64,000 nucleotides of DNA from the human T2T-CHM13v2.0 reference genome, Homo sapiens: NCBI RefSeq assembly GCF_009914755.1, contig NC_060926.1. The stretch is one strand, 5' to 3'. The notes beneath the pieces are model-generated. The model was given only the letters and a program-made list of their open reading frames with translations. It did not search any database and was not told the origin of the DNA. Below, piece after piece: positions 1 to 21,246 of this stretch. How positions within the stretch are numbered: position 1 is the stretch's first letter; every line of letters begins with the position of its first letter. The position numbers and the translations under genes are program-made.

Positions 1-304
1 CAAGGAAATATTGCCCAAATATGCATAGCCCTGTGAACAATAAGAAACAAAAATGTTCAGATTTTAAAATTTCATAAAGGCTTAACACCAATCTTAAACT
101 GTACGTTTATTTATTATACTTATTTACTTTTGTTGTACCCAATGACTAAAATAAGCCCCTATTAAAGACCTTGAAATTGTTCATCAATAGCAAATAAAAT
201 TTTCCTGAGGATTCTTTTAAAAACAGATTTGGCTTGAGTATTGAAATCTATTTGCTATCCTAGGATAGGGAAAGATATCTCACATGTATAGAGCAAATAC
301 CACA

Positions 305-465
305 AGCCAGGTGCTATACATGTGTTATTCCAATTAATTTTCAAAACAGTTTCTAGAGCAGGCAGTATAATCCCACTTAACAGATGGAGAAACTGAGATT
401 CAGATAAATCAAATAATCTGCCCACGGGCTCATATCCAGTAAGTGGTGATGTTAGAATACAAACT
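305..465 (-). mobile_element. MIR
   Basis: Core acagatggagaaactgag. Confidence 0.7.
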
Positions 466-519
466 GAATAAACATGAGTTTTAGATCAGTATTCAATGTT
501 TAAAACATTATAACAGAAC

Positions 520-2540
520 TTGAGTTCCAGCGTGGTGGTGTAAGCCTCTACAGGCCATCTCTCTTGCCAATTAAAACTAAAATTGCAAGACAAATAAAAA
601 AAAAAAACAACACTACCAAAGGACTCTGAAAAGTTGGCAGGGGGGCAGGTAGATCATGGAGGGGAGTCAAAAATTGAACAAACAACCAATGTGGAGGTGA
701 ACTTCCTTTTGTTTCTCCTCTTCTCTTGTGGCCTTGCCTCAAGGCTGAGCTGTGGTTGTAGAGCAGTGCAAAGACATCTGTGGCTAAAGTTCAAACAGAA
801 ACCTATTGTTTATGGCTAAGTAAACCAGGAAAATGAGCTCCTGCAGGCCTAAGAGTAGGGGATAGAGGAGAGAACCATAGAAGGGGATCCACTAATTTGG
901 CATATGAGCCCATACCAGTCTCAGCATAAGCCCTGAGCTATGGATGCTTGGACAAATACAAATATTTGAACTAAATGATTAAATATTAGAGTGTCTAACT
1001 GCTGAAGAGGACATGTGCAGGATACATGCAAACAAAGGTGACAAAGGCTTAGAGGACTGAAGCAGGATTTGAACCACCTGCACAACTTTCAGAATAACCT
1101 GTAAGTGTAAATGAACAAGATAGACATGAAGCAGCATAACAAAGCCTTAGAGAACTAAACTGAACTACCACAGAAGGCAAGGTAGAAATTACATTCTGAG
1201 CTTAATAATGTTGATTGCCTGCTAAAACAAAAACATAAACATCCTCCAGAGAATGATGACGTGATCCAGTCTATCCAATACAAAATTCACAATTTTCAAG
1301 ATACAATACAAAATTACTAAACATAAAGAAAAACTAGGAGATGTGAATAATTATCTAGGGAAAACGTAATCAACAAATGCCAACCTGAAGATAACCTAGA
1401 TGGTGGAATTATCAGATAGAAATTTTAAAACAGCTTTTATAACTATGCTCCATGAGGCAAGGAAAAACAAACTTGAATGAAAAGAGAGGTATTGTTAGCA
1501 AAGAAATAGAAACTATAAAAAGAATCAAATAAAAATTTCAGAGCTGAAAAATACAATCTCTGAAACAAACAATAAAACCACTGGATGGGCTCAATAGTAG
1601 GATAGACAAGACAGAGGAAAGAATAAGTGAAATTGAAGATAGATTAATAGAATTATCTAATAAGAACCAATCAAAACTAGATTAAAAAAATAAACAGAGC
1701 CTTGGGGATCTGTGAAAAAATATAAAAAGATATATGTGTAGTTGGAGTTCCAAAAGGAGAAGAAAAAGAGATTGTTGCAGTAAAGCTATTTGAAGAAATA
1801 ATGGCCAAAAATGTCCCAAGTTTGATGAAAGACACAAATTTACAAATTCAAGAAGCCTAGCAAACCCTAGACAAGATAAACTTAGAGAAAACCACACTTA
1901 GAAACTTCATAATAAAAGTACTCAAAACCAAAAACTAAAGAAAATATTTGAAACCAACCAGAAAAACAACACTTTACCCACAGAGGAACAATGATTTGAA
2001 TGTTTACAGGTTTTTCACTAGAAATTATGGAGGCGTGAACATAATGGAATCATCAACCCAATTTTTGTTTGTTTGTTTGTTTTGTTTGTTTGTTTGTTTG
2101 TTTTTATACAGGGTTTCTTACTCTGTTGCCCAGGCTGGAATGCAGTGGCATGATCATAGCTCATTGCAGCCTTGACCTCCTTGGCTCAAGCAGTCCTCTA
2201 GCCCCAGCCTCCCGAATAGCTGGGACTATAGCCACATGCCACCATGCCCAGCTAATTTTTATTTTCATTTTTTGTAGAGACAAGGTCTTGCTATGTTGAC
2301 CAGGCTGGTCTTAAACTTCTGGCCTCAAGTGATCCTCTTGCCTTGGCTTCCTAAAATGCTGGATTACAGGCATGAACCACCATGCTTGGCAACCCAGAAT
2401 TTTATATTCAGCAAAAATATTCTTCAGGAATGAAGGTGAAAGACAGTTAAAGGGAAACAGAGGAACAAAAATCAGAAGGAACAACATAGAACAAATAATA
2501 AAATAATAAGCTAAATCAAACCATATCAATAATTACATTG
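520..2540 (+). mobile_element. Old L1M 5'/ORF1 remnant interrupted by an Alu
   Basis: A-rich ORF1-like sequence (gatgggctcaatagtaggatagac; aaataatggccaaaaatgtcccaagtttgatgaaagaca). Confidence 0.7.
2062..2390 (-). mobile_element. AluJ-like with (TTTG)n tail
   Basis: Alu dimer consensus on the minus strand. Confidence 0.9.
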
Positions 2541-3157
2541 GGCCTGGTACAGTGACTCACACCTGTAATCCCAGCACTCTGGTGGATCACTGGAGCTCAG
2601 GAGATCTAGACCAGCCTAGGCAATGTAGCAAAACCCTGTCTCTACAAAAAATACAAAAATTAGCTGGGCATGGTGGTGCATACCTGTAGTCCCAGCTACT
2701 CCGGGGTGTTGAGGCAAGAGGACCCCAGCTACTCCAGGGGGCTGAGGTGGGAGGATCACTTGATCCCAGGAAGTCAAGGCTGCAGTGAGCCGTGATTGCA
2801 TCACTGCACTCCAGCCTGGGTGACAAAGTGAGACCTTGTCTGAAAAAAACAAAAACAAAAACAAAAAAAAACTTGAAAAAAAATTACATTAAATATTAGC
2901 CAATTTGTGCTGGGATCATAGCAGGAGGAATACTTAAGGCCAGGAATTTGAGATGAGCCTGGGCAACATAGCAAGACATAGCCTCTAAAAGAATTTTTAA
3001 AAATTAGCCAGGCCTGGTGGCACACACTTGTAGTCCCAGCTACTTGGAAGGCTGAGGCAGGAAGGATTGCTTGAGCCCTGGTGTTTGAGGTTGCAGTGAG
3101 CATGATTGCCCTCCAGCCTGGGCAACAGAGCAAGACTCTGTCTGAAAAAAAAAAAAG
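2540..3157 (+). mobile_element. Two tandem AluJ-like elements (2540-2870, 2905-3157)
   Basis: Alu consensus with A-rich tails. Confidence 0.88.
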
Positions 3158-3164
3158 GAATTAG

Positions 3165-5775
3165 CCAATTAACATTTATAGATTAGTGGAATTGAATTGA
3201 GAGTCTGGAAATGAAATCTTACATATTTATGGCCAGTTGCTTTCAACAAGGCTACCAAGATAATTCAATGGGAGAAAGAATGGTCTTTCCAAAAAATGGT
3301 GCTGGGAAAACTGTATGTCCACATGCAAAGAATGATGTTGGACCCCTACCTCACAATATATACAAAAATCAACTTGAAATGGATCATAGACCTAAATGTA
3401 AGAGCTACATTAAATTTCCATATAAATTTTAGTAAGTTTGTCAATTCCTATAAGGAAGCCAGCTGAGATTTTGATAGGGATTTCATCGAATAGATAGATA
3501 AATTTGGGGAATATTCCCATCTTAATCATATTAAGTCTTCCCATCCATGAACGTGGATGTCTTTCTATTTATTTAGATCTTCTTCAATTTCTTTAAACAA
3601 TGTTTTGTAGTTTTCAGGATATAAGTTTGTACTTCTTTTGTTAAATCTATTCCTAAGGATCTTACCCTTTTTGAAGTTATTGTAAATGAAATTGTTTTCT
3701 TAAATTCTTTTTTATTATTCATTGCAAATGTACAGAAATGCAATTGATTTGTATGTATTCATGTTGTATTCTGCAACTTTGCTGAACTTATTAGTTTTAG
3801 TGATTTTTTTTTTAGTGGATTACCTAGTATTTTCTGTATACAAAATTATGTCATGTGTGAATAGATAACCTTACTTGTTCCTGTCCAATTTGGATGCCTC
3901 TTATTTCATTGTGTACCTAACTACTGTTTGTAATTACCTAATTACCTGACAGAACCTCCAGTACAATGTTGAAGATAAGTGGTAAGAGTGGACATCCTTG
4001 TCTTGTTCCAAATCTTAGGGGGAAAGCATCCAGTCTTTCACCATTATCCATGGATTTTTCATAGATATCCTTTATGAGGTTAAATAAGTTTCCTTCTATT
4101 CATAGTTTGTTGAGTGTTTCTATCATGAAATTACATTGGATTTTATCAAATGGTTTTTCTGCATCTATTGAGATGATCATGGGGTTTTGCCCTTTATTCT
4201 CATGATATACTGTATAATGTTGATTTTTGGATGTTAAGCCAACCTTGTTTTCCTGGGACAAATCCTTCTTGGTCATAATATATAATCTCTTTTAAGGAAA
4301 TGGTTTATTAGATGTGACACCAAAACTACAACCAACCAAAGAAAAGCAGACAAATTGAACTTCACAAAAGTTAAAAACTTGTGTGCTTCAAAGGACACCA
4401 TCAAGAAAGTAAAAAGACAACCCACAGAATGGAAAAAAAAATTTGCAAATCATATATCTGAGAAGAGAATTGTACTTAGAATATATAAATAACGGTTACA
4501 ACTTAATAATGAAAATACAAATAACCCAATTTACTTGTATTTAAATAAAGGATTTGAGTGGACATTTCACTAAAGAAGATGTACAAATGGCCAATAAACA
4601 CATACAAAGATGCTCAATATCAGCTGGACACTGTGGCTCACACTTGTAATCCCAACACTGTGGAGGGCCATGGTGGGAGGATTGTTTGAGCCAGGAGTTT
4701 GAGATCAGCCTGGACAACATAGTGAGACCCTATCTTAAAAAAATATGCTCAATATCATTAGCCACCAGAGAAATGCAAATGAAAGCCACAATTAGACACC
4801 ACTTCACACCCACTAGGAGAGCTAAAATTAAAAAGACAGACAATGAAAAGCATTGATGAAGATGTGGAAAAAGTAAAACCCTCATACATTGCTGGTGGGA
4901 TTGCAAAATGATGCAGCCACTTTGGGGGACAGTTTGGAAGTATCTTAAAAAGTTAAACATAGTTAAATTAACAGAGACAGAAAGTAGAATGGTCGTTGCC
5001 AGGGGTTGGTGGGGCAGATAAAACAGGAAGTTACCGTTTAATGAGTAGAGAGTTTCAGTTTTGCAAGTAGAAAAAAGTTCTGGAGATGGATGCTGGTGAT
5101 GTTTCCACGACAGTGTGAATGTACTTGATGCCACTGAACTGTACACTTAAAATTTGTTAGAGTGGCTAATTTTATGTTATGTATGTTTTACCACAATTAA
5201 ATAAAAAGTTAAACATAGAATTCCATAGGACCCACCAATGGCAATTGTGGATATCTACTCAAGAAAAATGAAAACGTATGTCCACACAAAAACAAGTACA
5301 TGAATATTCACAGCAGCTCTATTCATGATAACTAAAAAGTGGAAACAGCCCAAATGTTCATCAACTAAGCAAAATGTGGAATATCCATACATTGGAATAT
5401 TGCTTGGCAATACAAAGGAATTAAGTATTGATACATGATATAACATGGGTGAATCTTGAAAACATTATGCTATGTGAAAGAAGTCAGTCACGAAAGATCA
5501 CATATTGGATGATTCCATTTATATGAAATGACTAGAATAGGCAAATCCATAGAGACAGTAGATTGTGGTTACAAGGGCCTGCAGACGGGGGAGAATGGAG
5601 AATGACTGCTAATGGGTGTGGGGTTTCTTTTTGGGGTGATGAAAACACTCTAAACTAGACGATAGTGAAGATTGCATAGTTCTGTGAAAACACTGAAAAT
5701 GACTGAGTTGTACACTTTGAAAGAGTGAATTGTATGGGCTGTGAGTTATATCTCAGTAAAACTGTTATTTAAAAA
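3165..5775. mobile_element. L1M mosaic: + ORF2 (3165-3408), - ORF2 (3409-4290), + ORF2/3' UTR (4290-5775), with a nested Alu monomer (4620-4743) and nested L1 3' end (4963-5201)
   Basis: L1 ORF2 and 3' UTR motifs on both strands; 17-bp TSD around the nested fragment. Confidence 0.82.
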
Positions 5776-6769
5776 TTGCACATATGCAGAGAAATGTATC
5801 TAGAATAATGTCCACCAAATGTATGCAATTTGAGGTGATTTGTTGTTTTTATATATCACTTACATTTTAAAATAAGGAACATGAATTAATTTTTATAAAA
5901 ATAAGTCATCGTTTTCAAAGAAGTAATGGGGCAAGTGAATCCAGAGTGTAGAGGTCTCACAACTTAAAGGAAGGGGAGTGGCTGTTCAGTGGAAGGTAGA
6001 GCCGATTTTGGGGAGAAAAACTTTGTGTTTCCAGTGGCTGTGTCTGCTGTGCCCATGCTTGCTGAAGCAATGCAAATTTCATTAGCATGGTTACAATTAG
6101 TAACATAACTTCATTTTTATGTTCTCCTAACCTAAGCTGAGTAATTTTCAAATTTAAAAAAAAACTCAACTCCTCATGATACAGTTTTACTGAACTCAAA
6201 GAGGATCTGTTGGGACAGATAATTTACTGACAGAAAAGCTACTTTCAAAGAGGCAAGAACAGAAATATCTGCTTTCCGTGGTGTGCCTCTGATTTATTCA
6301 TGGAAAAAAGTATGCCTGCAAACATTATCTCAGCAGGCCAAGCCATAATTAGAGCTCTAATTTTCCTCCAGGCACTTTTTCCTGAATTGTCCTAAGGACC
6401 CAATGAGAGGTGCCTATACAACCATGATAATGGTTCTGAACATTTTCAGTGCCAGCACACTACAGGGCTGATGTGTGGGAAGTAGGAAGTCACATGGTGC
6501 GATAGGAGAAAAGCAACTGCCTGACCGTAAGGCTTGCATCCACATTCCTCCCTCTCACAAAGGTTAGCTGGGAAGACCCACAGAATCCCCATAAACCTTT
6601 CCCCAAAGAAAAGACCCATTTCTTTGAACCACCCATCCCAGAGAGAGTTTGCCTTGGTAACCAGAGTATCTGGAACAAGATGAAGATAATCAGTAAAACC
6701 AAAAGGGAACTGAGCAGGCTTTGAGAAATTTCCTTTGCTTCAAAAATAATAAGAGCTAGTAGCCAATGA

Positions 6770-7740
<971 letters not shown>

Positions 7741-8508
7741 CCAGCAATTCTTTAACTGTCCTGAAATCTCAGTTCATTGATTTTCATTATTGAACAACAG
7801 CTTCATGATTTCACTTCAGTTCTTACCCAAAGCATCTAAGACTCAGGGAAGTTGTGAGTCTACGTGTTTATTTATTTTTACTTGATTTCCTTTGGTTCAC
7901 CTACTTCTAAAACCAGTTGAAGATGGATTGAAATAGCAAAACTCTCATGACAGAATAGAGTACAGATTTAGAAAAGGAAATCAAAATTATTAAAATGTCA
8001 ATCACATGGGAATTGGTTATGTAATTGGAGGAGGAAACACCCTTTCTTATCCTCTCTTTCACTGTCAGAGATTGGAGTGAGGGCAGGCCTTGGCTAATCA
8101 TTGAACTTGGCTGAGGGTAAAGGGAACGGGCAACTGTGAAGACAGTCCTTTGAGTAGCTAAGCAGTGGTTCTTGAGAGCCAGATAGTTTAACAATGGGCC
8201 TTGATCTTGGGCCCAGAACACTAGTGGTTTGAAGGGAGTGAAGACCTATTGAGAGAGTGAGGTGAGCAGGAGGAAGTCACACTGTTCTGCATAGTGTCAG
8301 GTGCTCTCTCTCCCGTGACTAGGGACTGTCATTAGATTTATGTGCTACTAACGACAACCTTTTCTTTGGCAATATAAATTTGGACTGTGCTGTCTCCAAG
8401 AAATTAGTTCTTACCCTTTGGAAATATATGTGAGTGTGTATGTGTGTTTCATCAATAGTTACCTGTCGGACATCGGAAGACAAAAAGGAATAGCTACATC
8501 TCACCCCA

Positions 8509-9052
8509 TGTGGTGGACAGACTCTAAGACTCCCATGATTTTCTTGTTCAGGTATCCACACTTTTTGTAATACCTCCCTTGAGTGTAGGTGGGACCTGTG
8601 ACTTGTTTCTAACCAATAAAATATGGCAAAGATGATGGGATATCATACTTGTGACATTATATTATGTAAAACTCCATCTTGCTAGCCAACTCACACTGAC
8701 AGACTCCCTGTCACTGGTTCTGAAGAAGGAGGCTGACATGTGGCAAAAAACTCTGGGTAGCCTCTTGGAGCTGAGAGAAGCCCCCAGCAAGAAATCAAAA
8801 CCCTCAGTCCTGCAGCTGCAAGGAAATGAGTTCTTGCAACAACCTGTGGGAGCTTGGCAGTGGGTCCTTTCCTAGTGAGACTGCAGCCTCAGCTGACATC
8901 TGGATTGTAGCCTGGTGAGGCCTGGAGACAGAGCAACTCAGCTAAGTCATGCCCAGGCTTCTGAGCTACAGAAACTGTATGGTAATAATTTGTGTTGTTG
9001 TAAGCCACTAAGTTTATGGTAATTGGTCCTGTAGCAATAGATAACTAATACA
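8509..9052 (+). mobile_element. MLT1-type MaLR LTR
   Basis: TG...CA termini; ends aagccactaagtttatggtaattggtcctgtagcaatagataactaataca. Confidence 0.8.
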
Positions 9053-10880
<1,828 letters not shown>

Positions 10881-12009
10881 CAGCTATTTGGATACTTGTC
10901 CTTTGGCCTTATCGATCATCTGAACCTTTGAAATCTTAAACTCTCATGATTCATATAGACCACAGCCTCCAACTATTTAAGCTCACTCATTCTCTTATTC
11001 CTAAAATAGTGGAATCACATCATTCATGTTTTTAACTAATTTAAATTCGGTTCTACAGTCTGGGGAAAAAATGACAGCGGGTAAGACAGAACAGTTTAAA
11101 TAGCACAGTTGCCTCACTGACTTTCCTTTCAAGAGTGTGTGCTGGGGAGTGAGGATGAGGTGGGAGCCATGAGTCTGCTGTTTCCTAGGTTGACCTCAGT
11201 TCCCTTGTACCTCTTATCGCGGGATTGTCTCACGGCCTTCACTGTGATTCCAGTGTTTAAAGAGCACTTCCTCTTGTTGTCAATATGGCCTCTAAACACA
11301 TGCCAACTGCTTTATGGGCTGCTCAGCCAATGACAGAGTTCTGGGCTAATGCTGGCCATGTAGTTCTGACTGGAAAACAGTATATTGGGTGTCAGTGCAA
11401 ATAATATATTAAGGGTGATTTAAGGCATTTCCAAAGGTAAATTTGACCACCTAAAATGTATGCCCCAAGTGCTGGCTAAATTTTGAATCCAGGCCCTCCA
11501 ATGATGCAGCTCCACTATATTCCCATTTTGGCCACAATTGGACCCTCCGTCTCTTGTCCACTACATTTTCTCCCAATGAAATCCACACCCTCATGCTGTC
11601 ATTTCTTTCCTATTGAATCTGGACCCCCAGAATGCCCCCTTCTGTCCTTTCCATTTCGCCAGACCCTCTTGCCTCTTGTCCCACCAGTGTGCTTGGCCTC
11701 CAGAACCTTAAGCCTCAGTTGATTCAAGCATTCCCTTGCTCAGCCGAATGCTGCTGAAAATATTCATGTAAGAGTAATTTCCAATCATGGTTTCCAGCTT
11801 CACCTGGCCCCTCATACCTGCTCCTTAATTAATCCTTCTGTATGTCAGAAATTATGCCGTTACCCATCTCTCCAGTGGTTCATCTAACCTCTTTGCCTTT
11901 TTCTCACATCCCCTCCCGTACTAACTCCCTCTCGGGTAAGGACTTGCCTATTCCACTGGGAAAATTGAGGCCATCAGGCAAGAACTTTCCCAACTAGAAA
12001 CTAAACCCA

Positions 12010-12378
12010 CCCTTCCTTCCTTCCTTCCTTCCTTCCTTCCTTCCTTCCTTCCTTCCTTCCTTCCTTCCTTCCTTCCTTCCTTCCTTCCTTTTTGAGACAG
12101 AATCTCACTCTGTCACCCAGGCTAGAGTGCAGTGGCATAATCATGGCTCACTGCAGCCTCAACCTCCTAGGCTCAAGTGATCCTCCTGCCTCAGCCTCCT
12201 GACTAGCTGGGACTATAGGCGTGTACCACCATGCCTGGCTAATTTTTATATTTTTTTTTGTAGAGATAGGGTCTTGCTCTATTGCTCAGGCTGGTCTTAA
12301 ACTCCTGGCCTCAAGCAGTCCTCCTGCCTTGGCCTCCTAAAGTGCTTGGATTACAGGTGTGAGCCACTGCATCTGGCC
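12010..12378 (-). mobile_element. AluJ with a (CCTT)~20 microsatellite tail (12010-12090)
   Basis: Perfect tetranucleotide run abutting the Alu 3' end. Confidence 0.9.
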
Positions 12379-12813
12379 CCAAACCCTCCCTCTTGACCCA
12401 TCCCTTATCTTTTCCTCCTGCCTCAGTGAAAGGTATTTCTCTCCCATCTAGGCTTGGAATGCCTCTCACCTTCTCAGGAATCTGCTCACTACAGCTCCTG
12501 TCTCCTCTGTATCTTCAGCCTCTTTTCATACATGCTGCGTTTCCTTCAGCACTTGCTCAAGCCAAATCCTGTCTCATTCCTATCCTCTAACTCTCCATTA
12601 CTTAATAGCCAGGCTATTTGAAAGAGTCAGCTGCAAGAACTACTTCACTCAAAAACCACTGCAGCTCTGTGTCTGTCCCCACCATGCTGGTGAAACTCTC
12701 TTCCTTGAGATCATCCATTACTTCCAGGATGCCAAATTCAATGGACCATTATCTTTCCTTCTCCTTCTCTTATGTGACTTCTCTATTACTTTATTCCTCC
12801 TTGAAATTCTCTC

Positions 12814-13111
12814 TTTTTTTTTTTTTTTTTTTGACAGAGTCTCGCTCTGTCACCCAGGCTGGAGTACAGTGGGGCGATCTTGGCTCACTGCAAGCTCTGC
12901 CGCCCAGGTTCATGCCATTGTCCTGCCTTAGCCTCCAGAGTAGCTGGGACTACAAGCATGTGCCACCACGCTCAGCTAATTTTTTTGTATTTTTAGTAGA
13001 GATTGGGTTTCACCGTGTTAGCCAGGATGGTCTTGATCTCCTGACCTCGTGATCCGCCTGCCTCGGCCTCCCAAAATGCTGGGATTACAGGCATGAGCCA
13101 CCGCGCCCGGT
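12814..13111 (-). mobile_element. AluY-like
   Basis: AluY diagnostics (gcaagctc, catgccatt, cgtgttagccaggatgg, gacctcgtgatcc). Confidence 0.88.
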
Positions 13112-13282
13112 CTGGTTTTTTGGTTTTTATCATACCACACTGTCCTGATTTTCCTTCCCCCTGTTTGAACCAACTAAGCATCCGTAAAAACCTTCCTCCT
13201 CACTCTGACAATGAAGGAAAGGGCTCCCATTACAATCTTAAAATCCATAAAGCTGTGGCCAATTATACCAATTTCTTAGGCC

Positions 13283-13468
13283 AATGACTCTCAAACTGTG
13301 GTCCTGGACCAGCTACCTCAGCATCACCTGGGAACTTGTTAAAATGCAAATTACTGGACTCCACCCCAGAACTACTGAATCAAAAACTTTGGGGATAGGG
13401 TTGAACAAACTGTGTTTTAATAAGCTCTCCAGGTGCTTCTGAGGCAAGCTCAAGTTTGAGAACTACTA
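13283..13468. mobile_element. MER5A (hAT-Charlie MITE)
   Basis: ctctcaaact...agtttgagaac terminal inverted repeats; internal cagcatcacctgggaacttgttaaaatgcaaat. Confidence 0.82.
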
Positions 13469-13999
13469 CCTTAGGTCTCTTGACTTCTAGCTCTCAACTC
13501 ACAATTAAAATGTCTTTATTTATGTGGTGATACTTCTTGGGGTATTTCCAACTAGTATCTCGGAATGCAATGATTAAAAGATGAACTGCTAGATGACTTT
13601 GACCATTTTGGCTTTGCCACAATGCTACTTAGTTTAGGTAGGGCTTTGGATATTTTTCTTGGCACTTAATTGTCAGCATTTTGAATGTCCATAGTTCATC
13701 CAGATGATAGCCTTATGCATTCACCAAAACTGATGTCTCAGTAGTCACGTATTCCACGCAATCCTTGCTGCCTGCTAAAGTGCTTTCTCTGGACAAATCT
13801 GGGGAAGTCGGTGTCTGGTAGTTCAAGATACAGTTCCAGGGGTCTTGTTCTGTCCAGCTAAGAAGTGAGAAAAAGGGGTGATTTGGAGTGGATCCTCCAG
13901 TGTCAAAGTCAACCAGAGATTCCTGAAGATTGCCAGATTCTCTTGATGGTTTATTCATGACATTTTCATCTTCATTGTCCCGATATTGGATTATCTTAA

Positions 14000-14580
<581 letters not shown>

Positions 14581-14939
14581 TAAAAAAAGAAGTATCTACC
14601 TTGCTTTATGTCTGGAGATTTTGTGGCTGTGTCTCTTGTAGACAGAAAAATGAAATCTAAATGCTGGAAAAAATATACAGAGAAACAGAATGATTTTAAA
14701 TCCAAGTTCCAGCAAGACACTGGGAAGAGAATATTAGGTGCAGAGAGATCAGATGGGAGAAACAAGATCACACAACAGGAAAGCTGGGAACTGAAGCCAT
14801 TTTTGAGTTTTAGTTTAATGCTTTACATAGTGGATTGATTTTGCCATTCTGCCTGATTCAGATGCCATGGGGAGAATAACAGATTAATTTGATAGAATCA
14901 GAGAATACATAAAAGAGTGTTTAATGGAGTGCTAACAAA

Positions 14940-17450
<2,511 letters not shown>

Positions 17451-17459
17451 GGATCCAGT

Positions 17460-17713
17460 GTAAGAGACTGTGTTCCTCTGCAACTACAGTGCCTGTGGGG
17501 CGGCTCCTCCATAGCTTCACCTCTTGCTGGGATTCAGTAACACATTTCTTTCTCTTGCTTTTCAGGCTTAGGGGGTGGTAACAGTTTCTCACTGTTTCAA
17601 GTCAGTGTGCTCTGACAGTAATCCTGTCCACACCTCTGTGCACAGCTCCTTCATAACATCTCTTAATTGGATCATACATGGTGAATTCTGTTTGGTGCCA
17701 GGACCCTGAATGA

Positions 17714-17715
<2 letters not shown>
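17460..17715 (+). mobile_element. ERVL LTR 3' portion (LTR33-like)
   Basis: caggcttagggggtggtaacagtttc...ccaggaccctgaatgac. Confidence 0.55.

Positions 17716-17717
<2 letters not shown>

Positions 17718-17758
<41 letters not shown>
17718..17758. repeat. (CA)~20 microsatellite
   Basis: Read directly. Confidence 0.95.
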
Positions 17759-17760
<2 letters not shown>

Positions 17761-18424
17761 TTCATGTGGATGCATACGCATGATCGTATTATACATACAA
17801 TTATTAAAAAGTTTTATACAATTGAATTATTCTAATACAATTCTATTTCCTTTTCTTAGATTACCAGGTTCTGAAACTCACAGGGACTTCAAAAGTCAAC
17901 CTGTCTAATCCCAACTTTGGGTAGATCAATTGTTTTCACCATGTAACAGATGGGCCACTATGGGCCAGAGAGGTTAAACCCCCTGTTCCTGGTCACACAG
18001 CTGGATGGGTGGCTACGTGAAGACTAGAACCCAATCCCCTGATACGGAGCACAGTGAAGTGCCATTTCTCTTACACGCTGGCTTTCAAACTTGGCTGCAC
18101 TTTAGAATCACCAGAGAGCTTTAAAGAATATTGATGCCTGGGTCCCACCTCCAGAGAACTTGATTTAATTGATTTTGATTTAACATTTTAATAAAACATA
18201 TTTTAAAGATATTTGTATTATAAATATTTTAATTTTTATTATAAAATAAAACATCACAATAGAATATCACACAAATCAAATGCCTGGTTTAATGAATTAT
18301 TTTAAGGTGAATACCACCCAGATTTTTTAAAAAATAGAACTTTGCCAGCCACTCTGAAAGCCCCTTCAGTGTAACCCATCCCAACCACAATCTCTCCTCC
18401 TCCCCTAAATAACATCCTGATTTG

Positions 18425-19050
<626 letters not shown>

Positions 19051-19595
19051 ATCCTAACTTTTATAGTGATTGCTTCCTTGAAGTTTTCCTTTAGTTTTAT
19101 GACAGGAATGTGCATCCATAGACACTGTAGTTTGCTCTTGCCCATTAGAAGATATATCTTTTTAAGTATCTTTGAATCTGTGGGTTCCTCCTCCACCCTT
19201 TATTTTGCATACAAGCTTTGTGACCTGTACTCTCCCACAGTCTGGATTTCATTATTTGAATTCTCTTGGTACAGTTCAATGTGTTTCTCTGTCCTCTGTA
19301 TTTCCTGTAAATAGACAGGTGATCCAGAGGTGGATTAGATACAGGTTCGATCCCTTTGACAAAACTATGGACACTGTATGGCAGGACTGTAGGAGGCACA
19401 GATTGTCCTGTTGTCATTTTTTAATGATCTTAATAGCTGCAAAGTGTCAGTATCTATCATTCACTGCAGAGTTGTCAACTGCTGATATTCTATCATTTCT
19501 GTTTTATTTGAGTTGGAATACTTTCATAAAAACACACATTCTCTCATCTACTGTTTTGTTTTCCAGGAGTAAAGTTCATATAGAAAAGGCAGGTA

Positions 19596-20538
<943 letters not shown>

Positions 20539-20566
20539 GCAGGATAAATGTTCTATTTATTCCTTT

Positions 20567-21246
20567 TATTTACCAGTTTTCTTTTTTTTATATATATATA
20601 TATTTTATTATACTTTAAGTTCTAGGGTACAGGTGCACAACGTGCAGGTTTGTTACATATGTATACATGTGCCATGTTGGTGTGCTGCACCCATTAACTC
20701 ATCATTTACATTAGGTATATCTCCTAATGCTCTCCCTCCCCGCTCCCCGCACCCCACAACAGGCCCCGGTGTGTGATGTTCCCCTTCCTGTGTCCAAGTG
20801 TTCTCATTGTTCAATTCCCACCTATGAGTGAGAACATGCGGTGTTTGGCTTTTTGTCCTTGCAATAGTTTGCTGAGAATGATGACATAGGCATGGGCAAG
20901 AACTTCATGTCTAAAACACAAAAAGCAATGGCAACAAAAGCCAAAATTGACAAATGGGATCTAATTAAACTAAAGAGCTTCTGCACAGCAAAAGAAACTA
21001 CCATCAGAGTGAACAGGCAACCTACAGAATGGGGAAAATTTTTGCAATCTACTCATCTACAAAGAACTCAAACAAATTTACAAGAAAAAAACAAACAACC
21101 CCATCAAAAAGTGGGCAAAGGATATGAACAGACACTTCTCAAAAGAAGACATTTATGCAGCCAACAGACACATGAAAAAATGCTCATCATCACTGGCCAT
21201 CAGAGAAATGCAAATCAAAACCACAATGAGATATTTACCAGTTTTC
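20567..21246 (-). mobile_element. 5'-truncated, 5'-inverted L1PA insertion with 15-bp TSD
   Basis: TSD TATTTACCAGTTTTC at 20567-20581 and 21232-21246. Minus-strand L1PA tail/3' UTR 20582-20883 is joined to a plus-strand ORF2 piece ([31 protein letters not shown]). Confidence 0.92.
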
